A stretch of 64,000 nucleotides of DNA from an uncultured Actinomycetota bacterium. GTDB lineage: Bacteria > Actinomycetota > Actinomycetes > Mycobacteriales > Mycobacteriaceae. Where the stretch lies: positions 153,271 to 217,270 of the forward strand of contig CAWFRR010000012.1 of NCBI GenBank assembly GCA_963818285.1. The letters run 5' to 3'. Shown one piece after another: positions 1 through 9,783 of the stretch. The notes under the pieces were generated by a model. The model saw nothing but the letters and a program-made list of their open reading frames with translations, was not told the DNA's origin and ran no database searches. The translations under genes and the position numbers were made by a program. Positions within the stretch are counted from its first letter, which is position 1, and every line of letters begins with the position of its first letter.

Positions 1-936
1 GCTGACGGTGTCCGCCGCGGCCAGGCGCAGTGTCAGCAGATCGTGTTTGGTCGGCGTGTGCGGGCCGCCGACGGCTGCAGCGAACGCAGTCACCTGAGAT
101 TCGATCGAGGCCAGTTCACCTGTCAGCGAGTCGAATTGCGCTGCGAATGCCGAGTTCACGCCGCCCAGACTCGACTCAGCCTCGTCGAGGCATCGGCGGG
201 ACAACCCGACACACATCGCCGACTGCAGCACGAGAAACGTCGGACGGACGCTGTTCAAGAACGCGTCGATGTCGCGGCTGAGGATCTGATCTTCACCGAT
301 GTAGACGTCGTTGAGTTTGAGGAAGGACGATGCCGTACTGCCCAGCGCGAGCAGCTCGAAGTGATTGCCGATCGTGACACCGTCAGCTGCGAGGGGCAGT
401 GCGACGACGATCTTTTCACCGGTCTCGGTCTGCGCGGCGGTCACCAGGATCGGAATCGGGATAGAGGTTGCTGGCCCAGCGCAGTGTGCCGGTGAGCCGG
501 TAGCCGCCGTCGGCCGGTGTCGCCATCAGGTCGAGGGAGCCGCAGCCCGGCGGCGTCCTTGAACGCCGAGGCCATGCCCGTCACACCGAGCGCTCCGCCG
601 CCGGTGAGGTCGGCGGCTGCGCCGAGGGACCACGGGGTGGCCGCCGCGGTCAGATACTCAACCGTCATGCGATGCGCCCACACCGAGAAGGCGGTCGACA
701 GGCAGTGACCCGCCACCTCGGCGATCACCGCGGCCATCGCCGGCAGGGCGTTGTCGTGATTCCCGGGAGCGCCCAGCGCGAGCAGCCCGCTGCGTGCCAG
801 CAGCCCCACATTGTCCCGCGTGTCGCGGTCGCCTTGATCCAGATGCCGCTGCGTTGTCGGCGATCTGGCCGACGACGCCGGGTGCCAGGGTTCCCCGGCG
901 CGTTGCGGTCGGTGTTCGGTCGAGTTCGGTGGTCAT
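1..936 (-). CDS. Acyl-CoA dehydrogenase-family protein; runs off the window, several frameshifts
   Basis: Segments in different frames: MTTELDR..., ...CLSTAFSVWAHRMTVEYL...GVTGMASAFKDAAG, VRPTFLVLQSAMCVG, DLLTLRLAAA. GGAG RBS upstream of ATG 936. Confidence 0.7.
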
Positions 937-955
937 CTCGCTCCTCGGGTCGCGG

Positions 956-1495
956 CTATTCGACGTTCAAGGTGGAATCGACGGATGCCGGCCGGCGCAG
1001 CGTGTTCACCACGGGCGACCAATGGATGGCGTTGTCGTGGATTTCCTGCAGGACCGCGGGGTCGGCATCGCCGGCCAGCACCACGTGGCTGCGAACCGCG
1101 GTGAACCCGGGGACCTTGTCATCGGGTGTGTCACCGACGCCCCAGACGGCTGAGATGTCGATGTCGCCCTCCATCGCTGACTTCGATCTTGGTCAGCGCG
1201 ACTCCGCGGTGAGTGGCGTTGGCCAGCAGGCCGACCGCGATGCACGAACCCAGCGCTGCGAGAACGGTTTCCGAGGGGTTGGGTGCCGCGTCGTCGCCCA
1301 GCAGCGCCGGCGGTTCACCGACCAGCATGGGCGCCAGGTCGCGCACGTAGGTGAGGTTGCGAAAGTTGGATTCGCACACGGTCTTTGCTTTGAGCGTCTT
1401 CTTGCCGGTAGCCGGGTCGGCTTTGGCATTACAGGAGAGTCGGTCCAGCCCGGCGGCGTCGATCGTCGAGGGCTTGGCCCGAGAAGTGTGGTCAT
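956..1495 (-). CDS. OsmC/Ohr-family protein (frameshifted)
   Basis: GEPPALLGDDAAPNPSETVLAALGSC and MEGDIDISAVWG...HWSPVVNTLRRP across ORFs 1131-1379 and 956-1174. AAGGAG RBS before ATG 1495. Confidence 0.8.
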
Positions 1496-1541
1496 GGGTG
1501 CTGGCTCCTTGAGAGTTCGTCGATGATGCTCAAACGCTGGC

Positions 1542-1563
1542 ATAGACAGACCACTCTGTCTAT
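1542..1563. promoter_or_regulatory. Palindromic TetR-type operator ATAGACAGA-CCAC-TCTGTCTAT upstream of the OsmC gene
   Basis: Perfect 9-bp inverted repeat. 17 bp of it recur, inverted, at 2410-2426 upstream of the adjacent tetR. Confidence 0.75.
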
Positions 1564-1798
1564 CATAGACAGATCGCGCGGTCGTATCGGCGCAGCAGAT
1601 GGAGGACGAAGTGACAGGCAGGCCGATCGAGCTCGGCGGAGCCGATGCGGACCGTCGAAGCGACTTGACCGGCGGCTTCACCGATCAGGAGGCCGCGCGT
1701 GCGTGACGCGGCGGCTACCAGCAAGTGGGCGCCGGAGTCGAGTGACGAGATGTGCGCTGCGATGCGCGATCGAATCGTGGTGATTCGAACGCGCGGCG

Positions 1799-2389
1799 TC
1801 AGGAGTGCGGCGGCGCGTGCCGTGGCGATGGCAGCCTCGGCGAGGCCGCGGCCAAAACGAATCGGTTCGACGGACTGCTCGACCTTGGATGCCACCAGCG
1901 CGCCGTCGTACAGCAGCTGGATGTGCCGGGCCAGGGGCGTCGGTCTCCGGACGCCGGCCGCTTTGATCAGCCCGGTCAACGTGGACCGGACCCATTGCCG
2001 GTGGGCATCGATGGGTTCGAAACGCACGCCGGGGAATTCGGAAGCGGCGCTGCGTGTAGAGGCAGCCCGGGGAAGTCGTGTCGCAAACCCTTGGTCTGTG
2101 CCAGGTCGAAGAACGTCAGCGCTTTTACGACGGGGTCGGTGACGCCCTCGATTACCCGCGCGTATCCATTGCGGTCGGCCGCGTCGAGTTCGGTCAGGTA
2201 GGCAATGACGAGTGCGTCCTTGGAGCCAAAGGCGCTGTAAAGACTGGCCTTTGCGCAGTCGGCCTCACGCAGTATCCGGTCGACGCCCACCGCCCGGATG
2301 CCGTACTTGCCGAACAGGTCCGTTGCCGCGGCGAGCAGTCGATCGGCCGGCCGCGCCGATCTGGCTCGGTCGGCCTCGGCGGTCTGCAT
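1799..2389 (-). CDS. TetR-family regulator (frameshift near 2060; 3' end approximate)
   Basis: HTH RLLAAATDLFGKYGIRAVGVDRILREADCAKASLYSAFGSK. C-terminal LARHIQLLYDGALV lies in ORF 1563-2027. Confidence 0.8.
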
Positions 2390-2409
2390 AGCAGCCAAGG
2401 TAGCAGAAC

Positions 2410-2426
2410 AGACAGAGTGGTCTGTC
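2410..2426. promoter_or_regulatory. Second copy of the operator (probable tetR autoregulation)
   Basis: AGACAGAGTGGTCTGTC is the exact reverse complement of 1545-1561. Confidence 0.7.
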
Positions 2427-2436
2427 CGCCAATGCG

Positions 2437-3006
2437 CTATTCAGCGGCAACGATGTTGGCGATCTGCTCGGCGACCGCGGTCCGGATCTCGGTATCGTCG
2501 AGATCCTGCAGTCCGAACGCAACCCGCAGCGTCGGGCCCATCAAACCCCAGCCGATTTGCAACGCCATTCCATGGGCGGCCAACAACCGCGCGGTCCGGT
2601 CGTCGCTGTGATCGGCTTGCACCTGTTCTAGAAACGCCTCCATGCCGGGAAAGCGTTGCTGCAGTTCTTCCACCGGAAAACCGTCGAGCATCGAGCGCAC
2701 CATGACACGTGCTTGGAATTCGTAAGCGGCTTCCACGTCTGCCCGCGACGCGCCCGACGCGCGGAGGATCGCGGCGGAGTCGGCCAGATGCTGCAGCGTC
2801 GCTGCCAGAAGTTGGCGTTTGCTGCCGAAGTGGCGGTGCAGCAGCCCGTGATTGACGCCGGCCCTGGTCGCAACCTCCCGAATTGATGTGGCGGCCGGGC
2901 CCTTCTCGGCGAACAAGTCGCTGGCTGCTTGTAATACGGCCGCGCTGACCTCGTCTTTGCCCATTGGCTTCGCCATGGTTTCAACCGTTGCATCCGCTGT
3001 AGCCAT
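2437..3006 (-). CDS. TetR-family regulator
   Basis: HTH AVLQAASDLFAEKGPAATSIREVATRAGVNHGLLHRHFGSK. Divergent from the TauD gene. Confidence 0.9.
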   Translation of the reverse strand: MATADATVETMAKPMGKDEVSAAVLQAASDLFAEKGPAATSIREVATRAGVNHGLLHRHFGSKRQLLAATLQHLADSAAILRASGASRADVEAAYEFQARVMVRSMLDGFPVEELQQRFPGMEAFLEQVQADHSDDRTARLLAAHGMALQIGWGLMGPTLRVAFGLQDLDDTEIRTAVAEQIANIVAAE

Positions 3007-3032
3007 CTGTGTACATTAACCGACAATGGCCG

Positions 3033-3052
3033 GTGTAGACAGCCGCCTACAC
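3033..3052. promoter_or_regulatory. Putative operator GTGTAG-N8-CTACAC
   Basis: Inverted repeat in the divergent tetR/tauD gap. Confidence 0.5.
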
Positions 3053-3076
3053 GAAAACTCGACGAAGGAGCAGGGG

Positions 3077-4009
3077 ATGAGCAGTGATCTGCGGGTGGTG
3101 CAGCTGGGTGAGAACATCGGCGCGCGCATCGATGGAGTACGTCTGGGCGCCGTCGACGCCGAGACCGCAGCGGCGATCAACCATGCGTTGGTCGCTCACA
3201 AGGTGATCTTCTTCCGTGGACAGGATCACCTCGACGACGACTCCCACTACGAGTTCGCCGAAAGCCTGGGCGTGCCCACGACGCCGCATCCGACGCTGAA
3301 GTTCGAGGGCAGCCGGGTGATGCGACTGGAGTCCATCGGCGGTGGCGGCGCCAATCAGTGGCACACCGATGTCACGTTCGTCGACCGCCCGCCGAAAGCG
3401 TCGATTCTGCGTGCCGTCGAGCTGCCGCCCTATGGCGGCACGACCACCTGGGCCTCCACTGTTGCTGCATATCAACAGCTTCCCCAGCCGCTGAAGGATC
3501 TCGCGGAGAATTTGTGGGCTGTGCACAACAACGCCTTCGACTACGCCCAGATCGACCCGGCCAAGCTGGCGGCGGTGGAAGCCGATCCGGAGGCGATCCT
3601 AAAGTACGCGTCGCAATTCCACTCGACCCACTACGAGACGCAGCACCCCGTCGTCCGGGTGCATCCGGAATCGGGTGAGAAGTCGCTGCTGCTGGGGTCC
3701 TTCGCCAAGTCTTTCGTCGGGCTCAACAGCGCTGAATTCCAGTCGCTGTACCGCCTCTTCCAGGATCGGATCACCTGGCTGGAGAACACAATTCGGTGGA
3801 ACTGGGAACTCGGCGACGTCGCGATCTGGGACAATCGCGCGACTCAACACTACGCCGTGTCCGATTTCGGCAATCAGCGTCGGGAAGTGCGCCGGATCAC
3901 GCTGGCCGGCGACATCCCGGTGAGCGTCAACGGCGAACACAGCCGGGTGGTCTCCGGCGATGCCAGTGACTACTCGATCGTGGACACGCCCAGGCCGCTC
4001 GTCGCCTAG
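3077..4009 (+). CDS. TauD/TfdA Fe(II)/2-oxoglutarate dioxygenase (alkylsulfatase-like)
   Basis: [16 protein letters not shown] (HxD), [17 protein letters not shown]. Confidence 0.92.
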   Translation: MSSDLRVVQLGENIGARIDGVRLGAVDAETAAAINHALVAHKVIFFRGQDHLDDDSHYEFAESLGVPTTPHPTLKFEGSRVMRLESIGGGGANQWHTDVTFVDRPPKASILRAVELPPYGGTTTWASTVAAYQQLPQPLKDLAENLWAVHNNAFDYAQIDPAKLAAVEADPEAILKYASQFHSTHYETQHPVVRVHPESGEKSLLLGSFAKSFVGLNSAEFQSLYRLFQDRITWLENTIRWNWELGDVAIWDNRATQHYAVSDFGNQRREVRRITLAGDIPVSVNGEHSRVVSGDASDYSIVDTPRPLVA

Positions 4010-4023
4010 CGGCGACCTTTGAG

Positions 4024-4084
4024 CTCGAGAGTGCAACCAGCGAGACATTTCCCGAGAAGTGCTGTCGCTAACTGCACTCTCGAG
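4024..4084. repeat. Intergenic palindromic (REP-like) element or hairpin
   Basis: Perfect 12-bp terminal inverted repeats CTCGAGAGTGCA / TGCACTCTCGAG, 61 bp long. Confidence 0.6.
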
Positions 4085-4160
4085 AGTCTGGGATGGCCTC
4101 GGCGTCTCTTCGGTGCCCCGTAGGCAAGAATGCGGAGGCGGAACTGAAAAGAGGACGCTG

Positions 4161-4922
4161 ATGGGACTGCTCGACCACAAGACCGCCGTCGTCACCGGCG
4201 CCAATTCCGGCATCGGGCTGGCCACCGCCCAGCGATTCATTGCCGAGGGCGCCGAGCGGGTGTTCATCACCGGTCGACGCCAACGCGAGCTCGATACCGC
4301 TGCAGCGCAATTGGGGCCTCGCGCGGTGCCCGTCTCGGGTGACGTCGGTGTGCCCGCGGACCTCGACAGGCTTTACGCGGAGGTCGCGGCAACCGGTCGG
4401 GGACTCGACATCGTCGTCGCCAACGCCGGGTCGACGAGGGTGGCCCGACTGGGCGACATCAGCGACGATGACCTGGACACGTTGCTGACCACCAACGTCA
4501 AGGGCGTCGTTTACACCGTGCAGAAAGCCCTGCCGCTGCTCAACGACGGCGCGTCGATCATCCTGATCGGATCCACCACAGCCGACCGCGGCCGTCCGGG
4601 GCTGAGTATCTATGCCGCATCCAAGGCCGCCGTGCGGTCACTCGCGCGCGCCTGGGCCAACGAACTCGCCGACCGCGGCATCCGGGTCAACGTGCTTGTC
4701 GCGGGATCGACCGCAACACCGGGGAGCGACAATCTGGCCGCGCAAACCGACCCGGGCTCGTCGGTCGAGGAGTTCCGGACGGGCCGCGTCGCGACCATCC
4801 CGCTGGGTCGCTTCGCCGCACCCGTCGAAATCGCGAACGCCGCAGTCTTTTTGGCGAGCGATCTGGCCAGCTTCACCACCGGATCCACCGTCACCGCCGA
4901 CGGCGGCTTCAACCAGGTCTGA
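4161..4922 (+). CDS. Short-chain dehydrogenase/reductase
   Basis: TGANSGIG, VANAG, YAASK. Confidence 0.92.
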   Translation: MGLLDHKTAVVTGANSGIGLATAQRFIAEGAERVFITGRRQRELDTAAAQLGPRAVPVSGDVGVPADLDRLYAEVAATGRGLDIVVANAGSTRVARLGDISDDDLDTLLTTNVKGVVYTVQKALPLLNDGASIILIGSTTADRGRPGLSIYAASKAAVRSLARAWANELADRGIRVNVLVAGSTATPGSDNLAAQTDPGSSVEEFRTGRVATIPLGRFAAPVEIANAAVFLASDLASFTTGSTVTADGGFNQV

Positions 4923-4924
4923 CC

Positions 4925-5941
4925 TTACTGAGCCAGTAGATTCACGATGCCGGTGAACACCGACGGCATGGCGACCGCGGCCGGCACGATCCGTGATCGG
5001 GTCGGGCCATGGGCGGAGGCCTGCAGCAGGGCTGCGGTCAGCATGCGGTAGCGCCGCGTCAGGTGGCGCCACCGGCGGTCGTACTCTCCGGGACGGCCCG
5101 CGAGCACGCAATCCACCAAGGCTTCGGCCGCCCCGAAGGCCAGCCCCAGGCCCTCACCGGTGAGCGCGTCGACGTACCCGGCGGCGTCGCCGACGAGCAG
5201 AACCCGACCGGCCGTGCGGCTCGAAACCCTCTGCCGCAGTGGGCCTGCCGCGCGATCGGGCTCATGCGGATGGCCCGCGATCCGGTCGCGCAGTTCGGGG
5301 AACTCCTCGAGATGACCGTCGAATCCGCCCCGGCCCGAGCTGAGTAGGGCCACGCCCACACAGTCGTCGGCCACGGGTGTCACGTACGCCTCGGCGCCCG
5401 CCGCCCAATGCACCTCGACATGATCCGACCACGGCGCGGTCTGCACGTGCCGGCGGATGCCCCAGCGGCGCGGCCCCGGGCTGGGCTGATCGAGACCCAG
5501 TGTCCGGCGGATGGGCGAGTGCAGGCCGTCGGCCGCCGCAAGGTAGCGGGCCCGCCAGCGGCCGGCGCGAACCCCGTTGGCGTCCTGGCCGATTTCACGG
5601 ATCTCGTCGCGGACGATCTCGACACCGGCTTCGACTGCCGCGTCGATCAGTGCGCTGTGCAGCACCGTCCGACGAACGCCGCGCCCGTTGCCGCGCTTGA
5701 ACTTCGCGTCGACGTGCTGGTCGCCGTCCCGATAGCTGATCCCACGGATCGGCTTGCCGAGCGGATACACCGAGAGCCCCTGTAGATGGCGCAGGGTATG
5801 GGGCATCAAGCCTTCGCCGCATGCCTTGTCGATCGGGCCGCGACGCCGTTCGGCGACCACTACGTCCAACCCGGCTCGGGCACCGTGGATCGCGGTGGCC
5901 AGTCCGGCCGGCCCGCCGCCGACCACCAGAAGGTCGATCAT
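4925..5941 (-). CDS. FAD-dependent oxidoreductase/hydroxylase (SrsC-like position)
   Basis: VVGGGPAG, KACGEGL, ADG, GDAAGYVDALTGEG. Last gene of the PKS operon. Confidence 0.85.
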   Translation of the reverse strand: MIDLLVVGGGPAGLATAIHGARAGLDVVVAERRRGPIDKACGEGLMPHTLRHLQGLSVYPLGKPIRGISYRDGDQHVDAKFKRGNGRGVRRTVLHSALIDAAVEAGVEIVRDEIREIGQDANGVRAGRWRARYLAAADGLHSPIRRTLGLDQPSPGPRRWGIRRHVQTAPWSDHVEVHWAAGAEAYVTPVADDCVGVALLSSGRGGFDGHLEEFPELRDRIAGHPHEPDRAAGPLRQRVSSRTAGRVLLVGDAAGYVDALTGEGLGLAFGAAEALVDCVLAGRPGEYDRRWRHLTRRYRMLTAALLQASAHGPTRSRIVPAAVAMPSVFTGIVNLLAQ

Positions 5942-6447
5942 GCCAGGCTCGCCAAGGCTGCGTTTTCGACTCTGACCCGCGCGTTGAGCAGCCACGCGTT
6001 GAGCACCGAGAAGACCAGTGCGGTAACCCATGCGGAGTGCACCAATGGAAGCGCGATGCCTTCGGCGATCACCGCCAAATAGTTGGGATGGGGTAGCAAC
6101 CGATACGGACCGCCGCTGACTCGGCTCGCACCGGGGATCACGATGACGCGAGTGTTCCACTGATAGTCCAAGGTGGTGATGCACCACCAGCGCAGTGCCT
6201 GCGCTGCCAGCACCACTGCGAACATCGGCCAGCCGAGTGCGGGAATGAAGCTGCGGTGCAATGCGATTGGCTCGACGAGGCAGCCGGCCAGCAGGCTGAA
6301 GTGCAGCAGCACCATCGCCGGGTAGTGATCGGCACCGAACTCCACGCCGCCGTGCGTTTTGCTGACGGCGCGATTACGTTCGGCGACACGGACTTCGACG
6401 AGACGTTCGATGGCAACGGCGCCGACCAGCAATACGTACCAGGTCAT
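5938..6447 (-). CDS. Isoprenylcysteine carboxyl methyltransferase-family membrane protein (SrsB/BpsB-like)
   Basis: GGVEFGADHYP, WNTRVIV, GGPYRLLPHPNY, RVENAAL. Confidence 0.88.
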   Translation of the reverse strand: MTWYVLLVGAVAIERLVEVRVAERNRAVSKTHGGVEFGADHYPAMVLLHFSLLAGCLVEPIALHRSFIPALGWPMFAVVLAAQALRWWCITTLDYQWNTRVIVIPGASRVSGGPYRLLPHPNYLAVIAEGIALPLVHSAWVTALVFSVLNAWLLNARVRVENAALASLA

Positions 6448-6454
6448 CGCCGGA

Positions 6455-7561
6455 TCACCGCCAACGCAGCATGACGAGCTCGGAGCAGAAGCCTGGTCCC
6501 ATCGCGAGCATGACGCCCGGGCTGCCGGCCAGCGGCTGCTTGGCGATCGTGTCGCGGAAGACGTGCAGCACCGAGGACGACGACAGGTTGCCAACCTCGG
6601 CCAGCGAATGCCACGTCAATTCCAGTGCGTCGTCGGGCAAGCCGAGCGAGGAAACGATGGCCTCGATGACCTTGGGACCACCCGGATGACTCACCCAGGC
6701 CCCGATGTCCGAGATGTCCACTCCGTAAGCGGCGAGCAACCCGGCCATGTCGTCGGGTAGATGCCGCTCGACGACACTGGCAACGTCCGGCGACAGGATG
6801 AGACCGAATCCGGTCGAGCCGATCTTCCACCCCATCGTGTCGCGGGAGTCGGGATACAGTTGGCTGCGCGAACCGAGCACCTCCGGGCCGCGCGCGCCGA
6901 TCTGCTCGCCGCGACGAGCGCCGACTGCGACGACCGCCGCGGCGCCATCGCCGAACAGCGAAGTGCCGACCAGGGAAGCCAACGACGGAGTCGTCGCGGG
7001 GAACGTGAGCGAGCACAGCTCCACCGACAGCAGCACCGCGACATCGTCGGGGGCACCGCGCAGATAGTCATTGAGCCGACCGACACCGGCGGCGCCGGCA
7101 ACGCAGCCGAGGCCGAACATCGGGACCCGTCGTACATCGGGGCGAAGGCCCAGGCGGGTGGCGATGCGGGCTTCCAGCGACGGCACCGCGAGACCGGTGA
7201 CCGTGGTCGACATCACCACGTCGACATCCTCGGGTCGCAGCCCCGCCTCGTCGAGTGCTGCGGACATCGCCGTGCAGCCGAGCTCCACCGCGTTCTCGAT
7301 CCAGACGTCATTCGCGTGGCCGAAATCGGTCAGCGACGCATACTCCTCGAGGGGCAGAACCAGGTAGCGACTGTCGACCTTGGAACTCGCGTGGAACTTG
7401 CGCAGCAGGTCCCCGTGGTCCCTGAATGCCGGAAGGCCGGCGAGCATCTCGGTGATCTCGCTCTGCTCGTAGCGGTGCTCGGGCAGCGCGCCCTGCACGG
7501 CCGCTATGACACTGCCGGCTTCGTGAGCCCGAAATTCCTTGCCGCTCAGACGTTCGCTCAT
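6455..7561 (-). CDS. Type III polyketide synthase (Pks10/SrsA-like)
   Basis: Cys-His-Asn triad: [17 protein letters not shown]. Also LFGDGAAA and GPGF. Confidence 0.95.
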   Translation of the reverse strand: MSERLSGKEFRAHEAGSVIAAVQGALPEHRYEQSEITEMLAGLPAFRDHGDLLRKFHASSKVDSRYLVLPLEEYASLTDFGHANDVWIENAVELGCTAMSAALDEAGLRPEDVDVVMSTTVTGLAVPSLEARIATRLGLRPDVRRVPMFGLGCVAGAAGVGRLNDYLRGAPDDVAVLLSVELCSLTFPATTPSLASLVGTSLFGDGAAAVVAVGARRGEQIGARGPEVLGSRSQLYPDSRDTMGWKIGSTGFGLILSPDVASVVERHLPDDMAGLLAAYGVDISDIGAWVSHPGGPKVIEAIVSSLGLPDDALELTWHSLAEVGNLSSSSVLHVFRDTIAKQPLAGSPGVMLAMGPGFCSELVMLRWR

Positions 7562-7656
7562 TTCCCTGACCCTTCGTGGACGAGGTGGCGTGCCGGCAAC
7601 GCTGCCGCTTGTTTTCTTGCTGATGTCGCGATCATGGGGCCGCCCATTCGCTCGAT

Positions 7657-7735
7657 TTCAACAGCTGATGACTTTTGTCAACGATCGGTGACTTGAACAT
7701 ACGCGTGGCGAGGTGTCTAGTCAACGGCTGATGAC
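7657..7735. promoter_or_regulatory. Three (G/T)TCA-N8-TGAC operators between the PKS and tandem tetR genes
   Basis: TTCAACAGCTGATGAC 7657-7672, GTCAACGATCGGTGAC 7677-7692, GTCAACGGCTGATGAC 7720-7735. Confidence 0.7.
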
Positions 7736-7751
7736 ATAAAATCGATCGACG

Positions 7752-8312
7752 ATGACGAAGCGACCGCGCAACGCCGCGCAGACCAGGGCCGACATCCTGG
7801 ATTCAGCGCGCCGACGGTTCGCGACCGAGGGATACGACCGCACTACCTTGCGTGCGATCGCGGCCGATGTGGGTGTGGACGCCGCGATGGTCACCCGCTA
7901 CTTCGGCAGTAAGCAGGATCTCTTCGCGACCGCCACCGAGTTCACCATCGAACTCCCCGATCTGACCGACGCGGCGCCCGACGACATCGCGGACATGCTG
8001 TTGCCGCGATATTTCGCCGTCTGGGAAGAAGACCACTCGTTCATGGCTCTGCTTCGGGCGGCAATGACCAGCCGTGTTGCCGCGGACAAGCTGAACGACA
8101 CGCTCGCGGTTCACGTCGCGCCGACGTTGAAGGCCGCTACCCCCGATTTCGATCAGCAACGCATCGCACTCACCGACGCCTTCGTCATCGGCTTGGCGGC
8201 GACCCGGTCGGTGCTCGGCAACGTCCCCGCCGCCGAACTCAGCCGGGAAGAGCTCCGGCTGTGGGCGGCCCCGGTGTTTCGGCAACTGCTGGTGGGACCG
8301 GCGCCGTTATGA
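7752..8312 (+). CDS. TetR-family regulator (tandem copy 1)
   Basis: TRADILDSARRRFATEGYDRTTLRAIAADVGVDAAMVTRYFGSK. Confidence 0.92.
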   Translation: MTKRPRNAAQTRADILDSARRRFATEGYDRTTLRAIAADVGVDAAMVTRYFGSKQDLFATATEFTIELPDLTDAAPDDIADMLLPRYFAVWEEDHSFMALLRAAMTSRVAADKLNDTLAVHVAPTLKAATPDFDQQRIALTDAFVIGLAATRSVLGNVPAAELSREELRLWAAPVFRQLLVGPAPL

Positions 8313-8872
8313 CCGTGATCCGTCCCCGCAACGCCGCGCAGACCCGCGCCGACATTTTGTCGGCCGCGCGCCGCCGCTTCGGTGCCGAAGGCTATGAGCG
8401 GACCACCTTGCGGGCGGTCGCTGCCGACGTCGGAGTCGACGCGGCATTGGTCATTCGATATTTCGGCAGCAAGCAGGACCTGTTCGCGGCCGCAGCCGAT
8501 TTCGAGATCGATCTGCCCGATCTGAGCGACGTCGACCCCGACGATGTCGCCGACATCCTGCTGCCGCGTTTCTTCGCGGTGTGGGAGGAGGACGAGACGT
8601 TTCTGGCGTTACTGCGGGCCGCGATGACGAGTTCGCTGGCGGCCGAAGCCTTACGACGGGTGTTCGCCGAACAAGTGGCGCCCAAGCTGATCACCGCCAC
8701 CCCGGACAATCCCGTGCAACGGATCGGGTTGATGGGCGCATTCGTGATCGGTCTGGCAATCACACGGTATGTCCTGGTGAACCCACCGATTGCCAGCCTC
8801 AGTCGCGAGGAGCTCGGCCGCTGGGCCGCGCCGGTGATAAGGCAGCTGTTGGTCGGGCCGGCCCCGACGTAG
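8309..8872 (+). CDS. TetR-family regulator (tandem copy 2)
   Basis: ATGA overlap with copy 1. TRADILSAARRRFGAEGYERTTLRAVAADVGVDAALVIRYFGSK. Confidence 0.92.
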   Translation: MTVIRPRNAAQTRADILSAARRRFGAEGYERTTLRAVAADVGVDAALVIRYFGSKQDLFAAAADFEIDLPDLSDVDPDDVADILLPRFFAVWEEDETFLALLRAAMTSSLAAEALRRVFAEQVAPKLITATPDNPVQRIGLMGAFVIGLAITRYVLVNPPIASLSREELGRWAAPVIRQLLVGPAPT

Positions 8873-8880
8873 TTGCGCTG

Positions 8881-9783
8881 TCAGCTATTTCGTTGGGCGC
8901 ACAGAATCGCTTCAGCGAAGGCGCCTGGCGCCTCCTGCGGCACGTTGTGTCCGGCACGCACCGTGCGTACATCGAGCAGCGCGGGGAAGTGCTGTTCGTG
9001 GGTGCCGCGAGGCGGCATAACAGAAGCGAGGCTGTCGCGCTCGGGATCGAGTACGACTGTCGGGACGGTGACTGGCGGTTGCTTGGCGATCGTGTCTTCC
9101 AATTCCTGGTACGCCGGGTCACCCGCGACCAACCCATAGCGGTGCCGGTAGGAGTGGACGACCACGTCGACGAAGTCTGGGTTGTCGAATGATGCTGCGG
9201 TCGAGTCGAACTCGGTATCGGTGAATGACCAGTCCGGCGACCATTCCTGCCACAGGATTCTGGTGAACTCGCGGCGGTAGTGGTGAAGTCCGGCGCGGCC
9301 GCGCTCGCCGTGCAGGTAGTACTGGTACCAAAGCAGACGCTCGAATTCCGGAGGCGCCGGATGACCCGACGCGGGAATGTTCTGGACGTGGTAGCCGGAG
9401 ACGGTCACCAGCGCCCGCACCCGCTGTGGCCACAGCGCCGCAGTCAGGCAGGCGGCGCGACCGCCCCAGTCGTAGCCGGCCACGATCGGGGCGGTCAGTT
9501 CGAGTGCGGTGATGAGTTCGCGAAGATCGACTGCGAGCGCCGCCTGCTGGCCTGAGCGCATGGTGGTGGCGTCGATGAAGCGGGTGGGCCCGTAACCGCG
9601 TAGGTACGGTACGACCACGTTTGCTCCCGCTGCGGCCAGTGCGGGAGCGACGTGGTCGTAACAGCGTGCGTCGTAAGGGAATCCGTGCAGCAACACCACC
9701 GGCCACCCGCCGGCATCGCCGTGCCGCTCGAACGCGGCATCGAGTACGCCAGTGCGCACCGTGGTGATTGGTTTAGGTGTCAC
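8881..9783 (-). CDS. Alpha/beta hydrolase (epoxide-hydrolase-like)
   Basis: LLHGFPYD, GYDWGG nucleophile elbow, GHNVPQE. GTG start overlaps the MFS stop. Confidence 0.88.
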   Translation of the reverse strand: MTPKPITTVRTGVLDAAFERHGDAGGWPVVLLHGFPYDARCYDHVAPALAAAGANVVVPYLRGYGPTRFIDATTMRSGQQAALAVDLRELITALELTAPIVAGYDWGGRAACLTAALWPQRVRALVTVSGYHVQNIPASGHPAPPEFERLLWYQYYLHGERGRAGLHHYRREFTRILWQEWSPDWSFTDTEFDSTAASFDNPDFVDVVVHSYRHRYGLVAGDPAYQELEDTIAKQPPVTVPTVVLDPERDSLASVMPPRGTHEQHFPALLDVRTVRAGHNVPQEAPGAFAEAILCAQRNS

